Shown one piece after another: positions 1 to 12,100 of a DNA stretch of 64,000 nt (position 1 is its first letter; each line of letters starts with the position of its first letter). A program made the translations under genes and the position numbers. Source of the stretch: Cyanidioschyzon merolae (taxonomy: Eukaryota); assembly GCA_000091205.1 (NCBI GenBank), contig AP006498.2; one strand, given 5' to 3'. The notes beneath the pieces were generated by a model, which did no database searches, was not told where the DNA came from, and was given only the letters and a program-made list of their open reading frames with translations.

Positions 1-1218
1 ATGCAGACGCATGACCCAACGTCTTTATTGCCAGAGCTACCAGATCCTTCGGAGCTTGCACCATTCCCTGCACGTCTTTCGATGACATATTCAGATGGGA
101 GTCAGCAATCTGCCGCTGCCCTTCGGTGTGTAGCCGTGCATCCGCAACTGGGCCACTGGTTAGCAACCGGCTCTGATGATGGCCTGGTTCGAGTTTTCGA
201 TGTCATTACCGGTGCTTTGGTATGTCGTTTGGACATGTGCGCCAGGCATTCAGGAAGCGCACCAGACCTGGCGAAAACAGCGCGCGACCCCGTGGTATCC
301 CTGGTTTGGCTGCACGCACTCGAGCCGAGCGTACAGGAGATGCTCCTGCTGGTTGCCGTCGGACGTTGTATCTACATCCTCCGCGTCTATCCGTTGATCA
401 TGGGACAACGAGCCACAGGTGCGCGCGGAGACGATCCTGTGCAAACGCCGGAGTCGGCGGTGCCGCAGCGGGCGCCATCCACCTTGCCGCTTCCCGCTGA
501 TGTACAGTGGCGGGAGCTCAACGACGAGGATTGCGGGGCGCTGCCACGTGGCACGCTCCTTATCGAGCACGGCAAGCGAATTCGACACGTAGCAGTACAT
601 GCACGTTCCGATTATATCGCTGTTGTGGGCAGCGATAGCAACGGCAGCACAGTCTACGTTCATCAGTTGTCGCGACGGCATTCACAGACACCGTTTCGGA
701 AGCACATTGCGGATGTTCAGTGCACCGCTTTCCATCCGAGTCGACCGTTTTTCTTTGTGGCAACGATGCAGCATATTCGGGTGTACTCGCTGGCAACAAG
801 AAGCATCGTTCAGAAGCTTACACCTCGTGTTCGGTGGCTCTCAACGTTGGATATTCATCCTGGAGGCGATAACGTGCTCTGCGGGAGCTACGATAAGCGA
901 CTCTGTTGGTTCGATCTGGATTACGGCGAGAAACCTTATCGCGTTATTCGCAACCATTCCATGGCGGTTCGCAAAGTCTGCTTTCATCCGAGACTGCCGT
1001 TGTTCGCCTCAGCTGGCGACGACGGCACCGTGCACGTCTTTCATGCTACCGTCTACGATGATCTCGGGAAGGACCCGTTGCTGGTTCCGTTGCGGATCCT
1101 GCACGGACACCAGGTCAGCCAACGACTCGGCGTCTTCGATATCGCCTTCCACCCGCGTCTTCCGTGGTTGTTCAGTGTAGGTGCAGACGGAGCATGCCAC
1201 CTCTGGACGGAGGTTTGA
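1..1218 (+). CDS. BOP1: BOP1/Erb1-like WD40 ribosome-biogenesis protein, C-terminal ~405 aa (5' end cut by window start)
   Basis: Repeated WD40-like blocks (LATGSDDGLVRVFDV; ASAGDDGTVHVFH). The C-terminus ...GVFDIAFHPRLPWLFSVGADGACHLWTEV resembles the conserved BOP1/Erb1 end. The frame is open from base 1 with stop TGA at 1216-1218. Confidence 0.65.
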   Translation: MQTHDPTSLLPELPDPSELAPFPARLSMTYSDGSQQSAAALRCVAVHPQLGHWLATGSDDGLVRVFDVITGALVCRLDMCARHSGSAPDLAKTARDPVVSLVWLHALEPSVQEMLLLVAVGRCIYILRVYPLIMGQRATGARGDDPVQTPESAVPQRAPSTLPLPADVQWRELNDEDCGALPRGTLLIEHGKRIRHVAVHARSDYIAVVGSDSNGSTVYVHQLSRRHSQTPFRKHIADVQCTAFHPSRPFFFVATMQHIRVYSLATRSIVQKLTPRVRWLSTLDIHPGGDNVLCGSYDKRLCWFDLDYGEKPYRVIRNHSMAVRKVCFHPRLPLFASAGDDGTVHVFHATVYDDLGKDPLLVPLRILHGHQVSQRLGVFDIAFHPRLPWLFSVGADGACHLWTEV

Positions 1219-1720
1219 GCGTCGTGCACATGTGGTTAAACGTTGAGCGGGTCTCGTGTGGCTAGTAGGTGCTGGTGTCCTGCCCATGGAACACGCGCGG
1301 GGACCGGGACACACCAAGAACGATTGCGACCTAATCACCAATTCCTGGACGCAATGGAAACCTGCGAAACGAATACCCGAGAGTCGTGACGACCCTGGTG
1401 TCAGCGTCTACGGTGAAAGCAGCAACCACTCGAAGCGAGCCGAACTTGACTTGGACACAACACCTTGGAGGCGTCGCGTTAACGGGAACGATCGATTTGT
1501 TTCCAAGTGCTTTTGAGCCTTCAGCTCACGTTTGTTTCACCCTTGATGTGGTGTAGAGCGGGTGATCGACGTCACGATGCAATGTGACTTTAACATCGTG
1601 GACGCATGGAGTGTAGGATATATATTCCTTAATGAAGAGGGCACGGGGGACTGCATTCCTCCTTGAGTTCAGTCACACTGGAGTGCTCTGATGGCTGAGG
1701 AACACTGAAAAAACAAGTAG

Positions 1721-2423
1721 ATGCGCTCCGCACCATTCAAAGGTGTTCGCAAAATGCCTATGCGGTCAATGGTAGATGACAACCCGTTGATCACCGTACA
1801 GAAAGCAAAAGCGACGATCATAGACGCCACGGGCGTCTCTCTTTCTCAACAGACAATACGTGTGGTCGTGGAAACTTTGGGATACAGCCCCAAAAAACGT
1901 CCTAATTCAGGTACAGCCATCTTTCACCGAAATGGCAACTAAAGCGTGCGTAAAACTCAGAGATCGGTATGGAGCTGAGAGTCATTGGTTTGGTTTTTTT
2001 CCGTCGATACGACTCTCGTCGGATGAAACGGTCGGAGCGCTTATGGGTATACGCGGAGCAGGGAGCCCGTTCCATGTACAATGGAACTCGAAGAGAACGA
2101 CGACCTCATCACCTGTTCTAGCTGCAGTGGATTCATTTGGCAGTCTAGGTTTCGTTCGTCGAGAGGGTTCATACAACAGTACCAACCACACCGCCGAATC
2201 ATTGATGGATTTTCGCTCGACGTCTGACGACGTTCTTCTACTTGACAATGTGGCATTTCACCATTTCCCTTGCGTTCCAGCTTTTGCCGATTCTATCGGA
2301 ATAAAGCTGCTTGTCATTCCTCTGCATACTCCGTGGTTGATGCCCATCGAAGGACTGTTTTCTATCGTGAAACGCAATGATCGCTCCACTGGGCGGATCG
2401 CTGCGTCTTTCTGTACACGGTGA
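1721..2423 (+). mobile_element. Tc1/mariner-like DDE transposase remnant (HTH-like N-terminal ORF plus C-terminal DDE segment), frameshifted and internally deleted
   Basis: ORF 1860-2423 ends with DDVLLLDNVAFHHFPCVPAFADSIGIKLLVIPLHTPWLMPIEGLFSIVKR. This matches the DDE_3 C-terminal signature (DNasiH ... LPpYSPdLNPIE ... K) of Tc1/mariner transposases. ORF 1721-1942 (IDATGVSLSQQTIRVVVETLGYSPKKRP) looks like the HTH region. The central catalytic region is missing or degenerate. Confidence 0.5.
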
Positions 2424-3511
2424 CACACCGGGGCACATGTCGTCTTTCTTCTGCAAGCTCTCTGCCCTGCGGGAATCTCCTCACCTAAAGGCATAAACAA
2501 GTTCCTTCATTTCAAAAAAATTGGAAAGTGAGCTCGGACGTACATTTCAGAAGGTCGATATCGAGAGCAGCCAGCGGAGCGCATCGGCGATAGAAAAATA
2601 CGGAGAGCTGACCTAGCACCGGATGGAACAGAGAGCGCGCGTTCTAGCAATCCCTGCATTCATGAATTTCATCAGAGTCAACAAACACATGGAGTATGCG
2701 AACTGAGACTCGCACGCCACCATCAATATCAGGCGACGTGTGATGCTGAGGACAAGGCCCGCAGACCTGTCGCGATCCAACGTTATGAGGCAACCCTTTT
2801 ATGCTCGAAAAGTACATGGAGAAGCTGAAGCAGATAACAGTAGGCCGATCAAACAGGCTGGGAAGCGTCTGCGGGTTGGTGTATATCCTTACCATCCATG
2901 GTTATGAGGTGTTTTCCGTTTTTATCGGTATAGCTGTCGTGTCTATATCTTGGGGCGCTCGTGCAGTTCAGGTGCATCTGAAGCACCTGCGGCCAGCCAA
3001 GGCGCTCATGCGACGCTGCCCCGTACTACTACTACGACTACTACAGATCAAATTTCTAGTTTCTGGACACTGGTACTCGACAGGCATTCTCAGAGGATCG
3101 CCACACAAGGCAAGTCGCGTGAGCGATCGTCGCCTACTGCACCCCAAGGCGCGCACTCGGTGAGAGGATGTCGTAAACACGCACGGCCTTGAACCCGCCC
3201 CTGCTGCTGCTACTGCTGCCGAGGATGATGATGTTGGTGGTGGCGGTAGCGGAGGTAGTCGGGGCTCTGATGCTGCTGCTGCTGCTGCTGCTGCTGTTGT
3301 GTCGCAGGAAACGCTCATGTGTTCCATTCTGTCACTCGCGTTGTCTGCGCTGGTGACCTGCAGACGCAGCACCGGAGCCGACACGTCGACGCCTCGGTAC
3401 CACCACGTGACGGACATCAAAGCGCCCGTTCCATATCAATCATGGCAGTCATGGCTGGGGAGTTTGCATCATCGAGGAGCACGCGCGGTGTCTCTGCGCG
3501 TGCTCGGCTCG

Positions 3512-4036
3512 CTAGTGGCTATCGGTTTCGGCCCAGGAGTTCTCGGCCCGCAGCTGAGCCTCTTCTTCGGGCGTAAAATCGTTTTCGATATTGAAGGTCG
3601 CTCGTATTTGCTCAGGGGTCTTGCCTCGTATCATGTCCGCGATGTGTCTACAACACAGATCCAGCAGAGATGGTATATCCAGAAAGTTTGCAGCCAGTGT
3701 TAAAGAGAATAGAAGACTCTGATCAACTCGCAGGAAATCGCGGTCCCAGAGCGTTCGTTCGCCTTTTGGGCGGTTCGGTTGCGCGTGGTATCGACAGTAC
3801 TCAATGACCTTAGCCAGGGTCTTGGCGTCGATGTCTTCCAGAAGTATCCCTGACTCGTCGCTATCGGCAACGTCCTCAAGCAGGTTTCGAATAACGTTGG
3901 AGACTTTCAGGATGGACTCTTCTACGTCAAAAACTTCGCCTTCAGCAGAGCGCAGACGAATAACGCGCCCGCCCCGGTAACCTGGAATGAGTGGTGCCTC
4001 TGAAGCGCCGTCCGCGGTCTCCATCGAACACGCCAC
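3512..4036 (-). CDS. SKP1: SKP1 (SCF ubiquitin-ligase adaptor)
   Basis: VIRLRSAEGEVFDVEESILKVSNVIRNLLEDV ... TLAKVIEYCRYH ... DLCCRHIADMIRGKTPEQIRATFNIENDFTPEEEAQLRAENSWAE matches the SKP1 POZ and dimerisation domains end to end. Confidence 0.85.
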   Translation of the reverse strand: MACSMETADGASEAPLIPGYRGGRVIRLRSAEGEVFDVEESILKVSNVIRNLLEDVADSDESGILLEDIDAKTLAKVIEYCRYHAQPNRPKGERTLWDRDFLRVDQSLLFSLTLAANFLDIPSLLDLCCRHIADMIRGKTPEQIRATFNIENDFTPEEEAQLRAENSWAETDSH

Positions 4037-6248
4037 TGTTCGCTCGCAAAAGCCTCCGTCGTTCTACCAGCCGCTCGCGGTGGACAGAGCGTACGTGCTT
4101 GTCTCTGTATCGTTTTAAGACAGGCACCTTTCGTTTTCACAGGGTAGTCTACCCCAGCGGGAACGCTTCCCTCTAAACAGCAGCCAAGTGCCCCCAGGAG
4201 CAGCCGTGTGCAGCGCTCAGCGCTTGCCAGCAACACTGCACTGTGCAGGGCGAGAGTTGGCGCCGCCCAGCGCGCCTGCGCGCGGGACACCACGACGTCC
4301 CCAGTGAAGCGTTCCGCATTCCCCGATAGCTGGCACTGATCGACATCGGACACTGAACTGCTTGCTCTATTCGTGATTGATGAGGTTCTCCTGAACATTG
4401 TTTCTGAATATACAGCTTCGACAATCGAACTGCAACAAGAGCGGCTTATGGATTTGTGCGTAGTCTTAGGACTCTCGGTGGTGTTCGCGGAGAGGCTCCT
4501 TCGAAGCGCTCGCCAGTGAAATTCGTATCGTGACTGTCATCAAGATGACGAGCGATACAATCGACTATAGTCTGTAAAGTATTCAGTTTTGTTATTCAAT
4601 TCATACGTAGAGACCTCTTTTGTCATGCATTCATGACGCGTAGCACAGTGAATGCAGGCATTATTGATGGACAAAAGAACCGGATACGGTTCTTCGGTGA
4701 CTGGATCACAAGCTCCTGCTGATACGATACTGAGCATGTCACGTTCAGTTATCGAAACCATTCGGAACGCAAATCCTCCTGTCTTTGTGGCGATTGAGGA
4801 GACGGGATTCGATACCAGCACGGTACCTGTGACCGCGTACGCTCCCAGAGGCACCCGTACCTTCGATGCTGGGTGCCTGGAGAGGGCGTTGGAGTCGGCA
4901 GCGGATCATCGCAGCGCTCGCTTTCCGTGGAGCATGCGTCACTGTGTTGGATGAAGACGGCGCAGGCAGATTGGTATCTCTCAGCTTGCCGTACAGCCTG
5001 GATGCTTTTTCCGGTACTTGTTTTATCATGAACAACACCGTCGTCCTCAAAGCCTCTATCGAATGGGACCGCGAGCATTTCAGCGTGGAGCGGGTGTCGC
5101 TCAGAACACGCCTGTGATCGTCAGGTACGGCACTGCGAACGGAGGCAGAGGAGCATATCGATGCGATCCTTCTGCACCCGTGAAGAGCGTGTGCCGAGCG
5201 ATACAAGCAAGCGTTCATGTGCCACAGGGCAGCGTTCTGAGCAGGATGAGAAGGCGGAGGTGGTGGCAGAGCAGGAGCATATGCTCTGGTCAAGGGGGCA
5301 CGCCTCAGCACATTCAAGTGACACCGCTGCGATGGGTGCACCCGCACTGGGTACAAAGCTGATGAAAATGACAAGCTATCCGTTGATCGCAACTTTTGCC
5401 TGTGCCTGGAATGCGTCGACAGCGGCCTGCAACGGTGTCACTGGGGCTTTCATCGCGCTGCCAACACGCTTCGACCGCTGACTGCAAAGACAGAAGCAAA
5501 GAAGAGACCGGCGTATTGAAAGCCAGAGATAATTGGAGAGCAAGAGGAAGCAGCGGCAGGCGAAGCCAGCAAAAGCCGATGTTCATGATGGTAAAAAAAG
5601 AGACCCAAACTCCAGCGGGTACGCCCGTCTTCGCCCGATGGACCCGTTCCATTGTAGTCTGACACGGGTGTACGCGACGCTGCCGCATGCGTTCAGGTAT
5701 ACCTCCGAGAGATCCTCGGTATACGCCTGCCCTTACATACGGCAAGTCGATCTCAACGTCAAGTGCCGTAACACGTGCGGCTCCTGCTCCAGACGCCGGC
5801 CGCTTGATCGCAACGCAATCCCGTGTGCTTGACGAGCTTCAATAAAAACGCTTTGGTGCCGACGTTATCGTTGCACACCAGGCGCATGACCCGATGCGAA
5901 AGCTGGGCAAACGTCATCGCTCGGGGCTCGATCCGCAGCGGAACCTCAGCATGCTAACTCGCAGTCAAAATGCAGACCTTGTTTCTGATCGACGATGCCT
6001 GGACCTTTCCGGTGTCCAGATCCAATGCAGCCGTGTCACGTGCGCTCACTCACTCACACACTCTCTCTCTCCCTAGAAAGCACAGATCGTATCTCTAGCC
6101 GCATGCACGTCTTGCGCGGTTCGAACGAGGCCTCTCTACGACAGGTTCATCGTTTGCGCTGTGGGTATGTTTCCGGTGCCAGTGATACCCACCATCCGCG
6201 GAGGCATGCGCTACGACCATCGCGATGGACTTTTGCGGCCTCCGCGGG

Positions 6249-6271
6249 CACACACACACACACACACACAC
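6249..6271. repeat. (CA)n dinucleotide microsatellite (~11 units)
   Basis: cacacacacacacacacacaca seen directly. Confidence 0.9.
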
Positions 6272-6418
6272 CGAGTAACGCGGTTTATCGATTGCAGGGC
6301 GAAAGACAACCCGTTGCCAGCATAGGCATGGACAGGAGCATCCACTCGACTCGCTGGCGGCTCATCGAAGGGCCACTGGACCGCGTACGTTTCTTCGCTG
6401 ACTCGTGGTCCGCTGCGT

Positions 6419-8239
6419 TCAATTGAGGTCGCGAATCTCCACTTGCACCTCTTTCTCCCGATCAAACTCATCTTCAATCTCGATCAAATGGCCCAGTTTG
6501 GCCTTTTTCGTGCGCAAGTAGCGGATATTCCACTTGTTTGGCGTAACCTTTACAGGCACGCGCTCCATAATGGATAATCCGTACCCACTGAGACCGGTGT
6601 ACTTGCGAGGATTGTTGGTCATGAGTCGCATTTGCTGCACACCGAGGTCCACGAGAATCTGCGCACCAATGCCATATTCCCGGCTATCGACAGGTAGACC
6701 GAGATCCTCGTTCGCCTCAACGGTATCGCGCCCTGCATCTTGTAAGGTGTACGCACGGATTTTGTGCGAAAGCCCAATCCCTCGACCCTCTTGGCCGCGT
6801 AAATACACCAAGACGCCCTGGTTCTCGGCCGCAATTTTCTCCATCGCAAACTGCAGTTGCAGTCCGCAGTCACAGCGCAGCGAGCCGAAAACATCACCTG
6901 TACAACATTCACTGTGCACACGAACCAGTACGGGACGGTTACTGAATTGCTGCGGGTCCCCGCGGACCAACGCAAGGTGCTCGCAACCATCGAGCTCGCT
7001 AACGTACGCGTAGACCGTGAAATCGCCGTATTTGGTGGGCATTCTTGCACCCTGGGGCTCAATCCGGCGAACGAGCTTCTCCCGACGTCGTCGAAAACAA
7101 ACGAGATCCGCAATACTCGTCAAGACCAGTCCGTGCTGCTTCGAGAACACTTCCAAATCAGGCATACGTGCCATACTCCCGTCGCTGTCGTTGACGATCT
7201 CGCAAAGGACGCCGACCGGTGCCAGCCCTGCAAGCCGGCATAGATCGAGACTCGCCTCTGTGTGACCTGCACGTTTGAGCACACCACCCTTGGCATAGCG
7301 CAGCGGAAAGATATGACCAGGTCGGCGAAAATCATCAGCTGTGGACCTGGGGTTCGCCAGCGCCCGAATCGTCGCACTCCGATCAGCGGCAGAGATGCCG
7401 GTCGTGACGCCGTGCTTTAAATCGACGCTAACCGTGAAAGACGTCCGTTTCGGATCTTCGTTATCGGGCACCATCTGAAAAAGGCGCAATTCGTTCAGAC
7501 GCTCCTCCTCCATGGACACACAGATCACTCCGGATGTGTGGCGAACCATGAACGCGATCGCTTGAGGTGTCGCCTTCTCTGCAGCGAGGATAAGATCACC
7601 TTCGTTCTCCCGATCTTCATCATCAGTAACGACAACGAATTCTCCACGCTGCAGAGCTGCAATTGCATTCAGAACGGACTGCTCACCAAAACACCAGCCG
7701 ACGTCTTTATCAGTGGTCGCAAAGCCCGAGGCGCCTACGCTCCCGTTCTCGGTCTCCATTTCCGCTTCAGGCGCGTCTCTGAGTGAATCTCCTAAGCGCT
7801 CGGCCTCGCAGAACACACCTCTCGCAGCTAGCGACTGTACGTGCGACGAGTTCACTGCAGCGGGCGCTGGTGCAGGCGTCGCTCCCGGTGCTCGCTCTGC
7901 AGCGGTGCCGTCACCAGCGCTCTGAGCCAGTGCACCGCGCATGAGACTTAAGTTCTTCATGGTGCCTATGATTTTAAAATAATTGCGCCTTCCTAGAAAA
8001 TTTGAGGCTAGTTGTCGTCGAGCGTGAACACCAGAGACCGACCACGAGACCCTAGCGGGAACGCACTGAAACATGAGCCGCAGCAACCTGTTTCGTCGCA
8101 CTTGTTGCTTGCCAAGTCGTGAACTTGCTAGTGTGTTCCCAGGTCGCACGAAAGAAAGATCGCAAACTGCGCTTTCTTGTCCAAACGCTCTGGATATTCT
8201 CGGGGGAACACGACTTTTGACGAATGCGTTGTGCTTCAC
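6419..8239 (-). CDS. ribBA: Bifunctional riboflavin biosynthesis protein RibB/RibA (DHBP synthase + GTP cyclohydrolase II) with ~170-aa N-terminal extension
   Basis: The DHBP-synthase block is VVVTDDEDRENEGDLILAAEKATPQAIAFMVRHTSGVICV. It is followed by the GTP cyclohydrolase II block VRVHSECCTGDVFGSLRCDCGLQLQ ... YLRGQEGRGIGLSHKIRAYTLQD. The whole protein is one uninterrupted 606-aa ORF. Confidence 0.9.
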   Translation of the reverse strand: MKHNAFVKSRVPPRISRAFGQESAVCDLSFVRPGNTLASSRLGKQQVRRNRLLRLMFQCVPARVSWSVSGVHARRQLASNFLGRRNYFKIIGTMKNLSLMRGALAQSAGDGTAAERAPGATPAPAPAAVNSSHVQSLAARGVFCEAERLGDSLRDAPEAEMETENGSVGASGFATTDKDVGWCFGEQSVLNAIAALQRGEFVVVTDDEDRENEGDLILAAEKATPQAIAFMVRHTSGVICVSMEEERLNELRLFQMVPDNEDPKRTSFTVSVDLKHGVTTGISAADRSATIRALANPRSTADDFRRPGHIFPLRYAKGGVLKRAGHTEASLDLCRLAGLAPVGVLCEIVNDSDGSMARMPDLEVFSKQHGLVLTSIADLVCFRRRREKLVRRIEPQGARMPTKYGDFTVYAYVSELDGCEHLALVRGDPQQFSNRPVLVRVHSECCTGDVFGSLRCDCGLQLQFAMEKIAAENQGVLVYLRGQEGRGIGLSHKIRAYTLQDAGRDTVEANEDLGLPVDSREYGIGAQILVDLGVQQMRLMTNNPRKYTGLSGYGLSIMERVPVKVTPNKWNIRYLRTKKAKLGHLIEIEDEFDREKEVQVEIRDLN

Positions 8240-8349
8240 ACTAGGTCACCTGCGCAATGTCGCACGAACACCGAACTCTTTTCAAAAGAAAAACGCTGTC
8301 GCCAACGGTGTACAGTAATAGCGGTGAACGCGTCCTAGAGAAGACGTCG

Positions 8350-8544
8350 CTAACTGAGGTGCAGACGCCACCCCGTCTTTCTCGACCGGCCACCCACTAA
8401 TGCTTCCAACGTTTTCTCATATAGTTCACATTTTAGCAATTGTCCAATAAATTTCTTTCTTGTCAGCTCTGGAGGTCTTCTTTCCATCACCGCACATCTC
8501 CTGATATTGATTGCGGCGTGAGTGTCTCGGTTCACAAACTCCAT
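8350..8544 (-). pseudogene. Orphan TnpB/Fanzor-like C-terminal fragment (RuvC-III-like motif only)
   Basis: The minus-strand frame reads ...TNDGKKRMEFVNRDTHAAINIRR. Its N-R-D-x-x-A-A-I-N-I block aligns with the R-D-x-N-A-A-x-N-I RuvC-III motif of TnpB and with copy B at 62.9 kb (NGQKLRNRDLNAVINI). An in-frame stop lies just upstream and no CxxC partner is seen. Confidence 0.4.
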
Positions 8545-9199
8545 ACGTTTCTTGCCATCATTGGTTGTACTTACTAAAGCAAGTAGCCCTCGAACTTATG
8601 CCCTTCTTTCCATTTGCTCCTCCGTCAGCGGTCCGTACTTTGCTACATCCTCACGGCTCCTTTAAAAGCCCCACACACCACGCCCGGATGAGAGGTCTAG
8701 TTTTTCCGGAGGAGCTCTGAAAGTGGGTTAAACCGGGGTGTTCGGGCGACGGGTAAGGAAGCCCACGCCAGGGACCTTGACCGCAACGAACGGGGCGGCG
8801 GAGGCAGCAGCACGAGGAAATATTGACGAGAGTTCTGAGCAGTCATCCGCTGCTCCCGAGCCAACGCTGCGGGTTCCGGCGCAAATCCCGGATCCATCCT
8901 CGAACTCGGGCTACGTTTTACCTCCCACCTTGAGTACCTACCTCAACTTTGGAAACAATGTCGGCGGATACTTTGGAAGACGGCTGTCGATATGCTCGTG
9001 GTCGAAGCTGGAACGAGCGCTTACCCGCCTATATGTTTGGGGAGCGGATACTAAGCCGCTGAAAGGTTGGTTCGTAGACTGTTCCCAATGGTTGCGGGTA
9101 GCTTCACGCGTCCACCAAGGTGACGGTCGCATTTGAATCGACCTTGACTAATGTACTTCTGATTCTACGCTCGCGCTGCGGCAGAAACTCAATGAACAA

Positions 9200-12100
9200 C
9201 TGGAATGCAGGAGGCAATGGTGGCATGTACGTTCACACACCACGTGGGGGTGCGTCTAAATCGACGAAGTATCTCGGGAGCACCGCAGCGTTACTCCTAT
9301 TCCCTCACGCGCTACGACTCGATAGGTTTCGCGTCATGGAATATTTGCGGTGTGGCCTCGATACTAGACGACGAGATATCGAATTACCAGTACAGTAATG
9401 AAGAACTGATACAAGTCGAGAACTCTACAATAGGAAAAGATACCCAACGGGATACGGAGAAGGAGGCACAGGAAACTCATGATCCACGTAGATGCGAAAT
9501 AACCAGAGAAAGCAGCTCAGGAAAGAGCCCGAAGAAGAAGAAGACCAACAAGAAAAGACAGAAGAATAGAGAGAAGAACTCCTGAACGAGCCCATAACCA
9601 CTTATTCCCCGAAAGGGCACCCCAGCAGGAACTCAAGAAAGCTGCCGCCAAGCCAAGTCACCTACTCACAGCGTTGAAGATCCGAAAAGCCATGCATACA
9701 AATCTTTAGACCAATTGGCACGCGAGTATGTAGATGGGAATCAGAAGATTGCCAGAGAGCTGGGACTGCTTGCACCAGAACGCAACAGTTGCAAACCTCA
9801 GTACCTGAAACGACGTACCAATACCCGGATTGATGAATGCCACCGACTCAACAAAATCGTCAACCGCACCGCCATACATGCCAACGCCGGAGACAAGGAA
9901 GCGAAAGCAGCGCTACCGACGCTACAGGCGGAACATGAAGAAGCTATCAAAAGAAAGAAGAAACTCTCCAGAGAAGACAAACGAGAGGATCGAAACCGCA
10001 AAATCACCTCCCTGGCGGAATCTATGCTGGAGAGCACCAACAAAGATGAGACTTGGCGCTACGTCCGATCGAGACTGGACCCGCCAACAGACTGCTTGGG
10101 GCTCACACCAATTGTTTATAAGGAAGCGCTGAGGACGGAGCGTGCCTCAGTGAATGAGGCCTAGACGGACCACGGGACAGAGCTGCATGAAGACGCAACT
10201 GGGCACTGCCAAGACCCAATCTATTGGCACCAACATGCCGCAGAACTACCGCGCCTCGACCCGGTACCAGTATGGAACGACCCAATCTTCTGGCCTGAAT
10301 CTGTTCGGACCCTGCTATGCTCAAGCAACCGCAAAACACCTGGCATCGACGGTATCTCTGCGGAGTGGATGATACTGGTGACCCCAGAAGACGGGACAAC
10401 AGGGACACTATCGATACCAGATGAACTTGACACAAGCTTAGGCAAACGCCTTGTGGAGCTCATCCAACGCATGTTCGAAGAGGCGTACATCCCGGATGTA
10501 TGGAGGACTGCCGAGGTCGTACCGATCCTCAAAAAGGACTCTCACATACACAGACATGAATATCTACCGGCCTATCGGCCTCATCCCGTCAATCATGAAG
10601 CTACTTTGCGCCATTCCCACGAACCGGACTCAGAGGCGCTTCGAGGAACGCAAGTTCTTCGCCCCAGAACAGGCTGGATTCCGGAGCCACGAGGAGTGCA
10701 TGAGCCATGCCCTGACCCTCATTGAAGTGGCGCAGCGTCGCTTCATTAGCGGCCAACAACCAGCTTACGTATGCTTCATCGACTTTCAAAAGGCCTTTGA
10801 CACGGTCCCGCATGAGGCTCCATTTCTGAAGATGGAACGAGTCGAAGTCTCCGGAAAGTGCTTACCGTTCTTCCGTGCGCTCTAGGCAGACTCGTGGATG
10901 TGCACCCGACTGGGCGACTGCTGAAGAACCCCTTCGGTAAGAGTCCGCCGTGGACTGCGATAGGGCGACCCCACATCCCCGCTCCTTTTCAACATCTTCA
11001 TCAACGATCTGCTGAACAACTGCGGACAATACGGACTTGAGGTGCCGTGGATAGACTGGGGAGATGCCCGGTGAGGAGCCCTCACATAGGAACCGCCTCG
11101 CAGGCCTTCTATTCGCGGACGATGTCGTGTTGCTGGCTCCCGCCCCGGAAACGCTTGCGGCTAGCATGGAACAAGTCAGCGCCTGGGTCGATCGCTGGAA
11201 GATGAGCATTGCAGCATCGAAGTGCGGCGTCATGGTCATCCATGGAGACTCGCAGCGCATTCGCAATCGCTCGTGGCGGTTGCAGAATCAGGAAATTCCG
11301 ATCGTGGAAAAATATCGCTACCCGGGGGTCTGTCTAACGCCGACGATCGACGAAGAGGCACACGTCGACGAGATGATCGCCAAGATGCATAGACGTACAG
11401 CGATCGCACGCCCAGTCCTATCCGACCCCTCTATCTGCATAGCAATTCGTACCAGCGCACTTAGGATGTGTATCATCCAGCCTGCGACCTGGGGTGCTGA
11501 ATGGTGCGGCATGAAGCACACAAATGCCTCGCGTCTGCAGACAGCCGCCAACAGGGCAATAAGACTCGTTGTTGTTGGATGCTCAATGCAGAGCAGAGCA
11601 ACCAACCCGCTGGCACTCGGACTTGAACTCCAAATACCCTCAATAGAAGCGATAGCAGCAGGCTTCCGGGCATGTATATGGGCGAAGGGGTCCACCAAGC
11701 GCACCCGGTTCAGTCGGAGTTTCATGCAGATCCCAACGCACTCCAAGAAATCTTGGATGAAATCAACGCAGATTTGGGTGAAGCGCCTTTTAGGAGACAA
11801 CACGCTCCAATCGTTCCCCAGGAATATAGAAGGCTCCCGCCGCCTCTAGCGAACGGTCCAAACAAAAATATGGGAGGGTAGACACGGAACCAGTCGCCAG
11901 TAACGCCGGCTTGACTCTATACTGGAACTACAGCCTAGCCTGTTCATTCAAGTACTGGTAGGAGGTGCTGGAATTCCCGGGACTTGCTCGCGGTAGCCAG
12001 TGGCTCGCGAAAATCCGCGTTGGTGGCTTCTGGCTAGCGCCAGCTCTAAGCCGTATAGGAACACTGGAATCGCACTGTCCCTGCTGTGGAGACGATAACC

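Noticed and set aside
4745-5745. 215-aa and 143-aa minus-strand ORFs between SKP1 and RibBA
   Set aside because: No motif or homology recalled. Pro/Arg/Ala-rich composition is typical of GC-rich non-coding frames. The region may still hold a real gene, but nothing supports a call.
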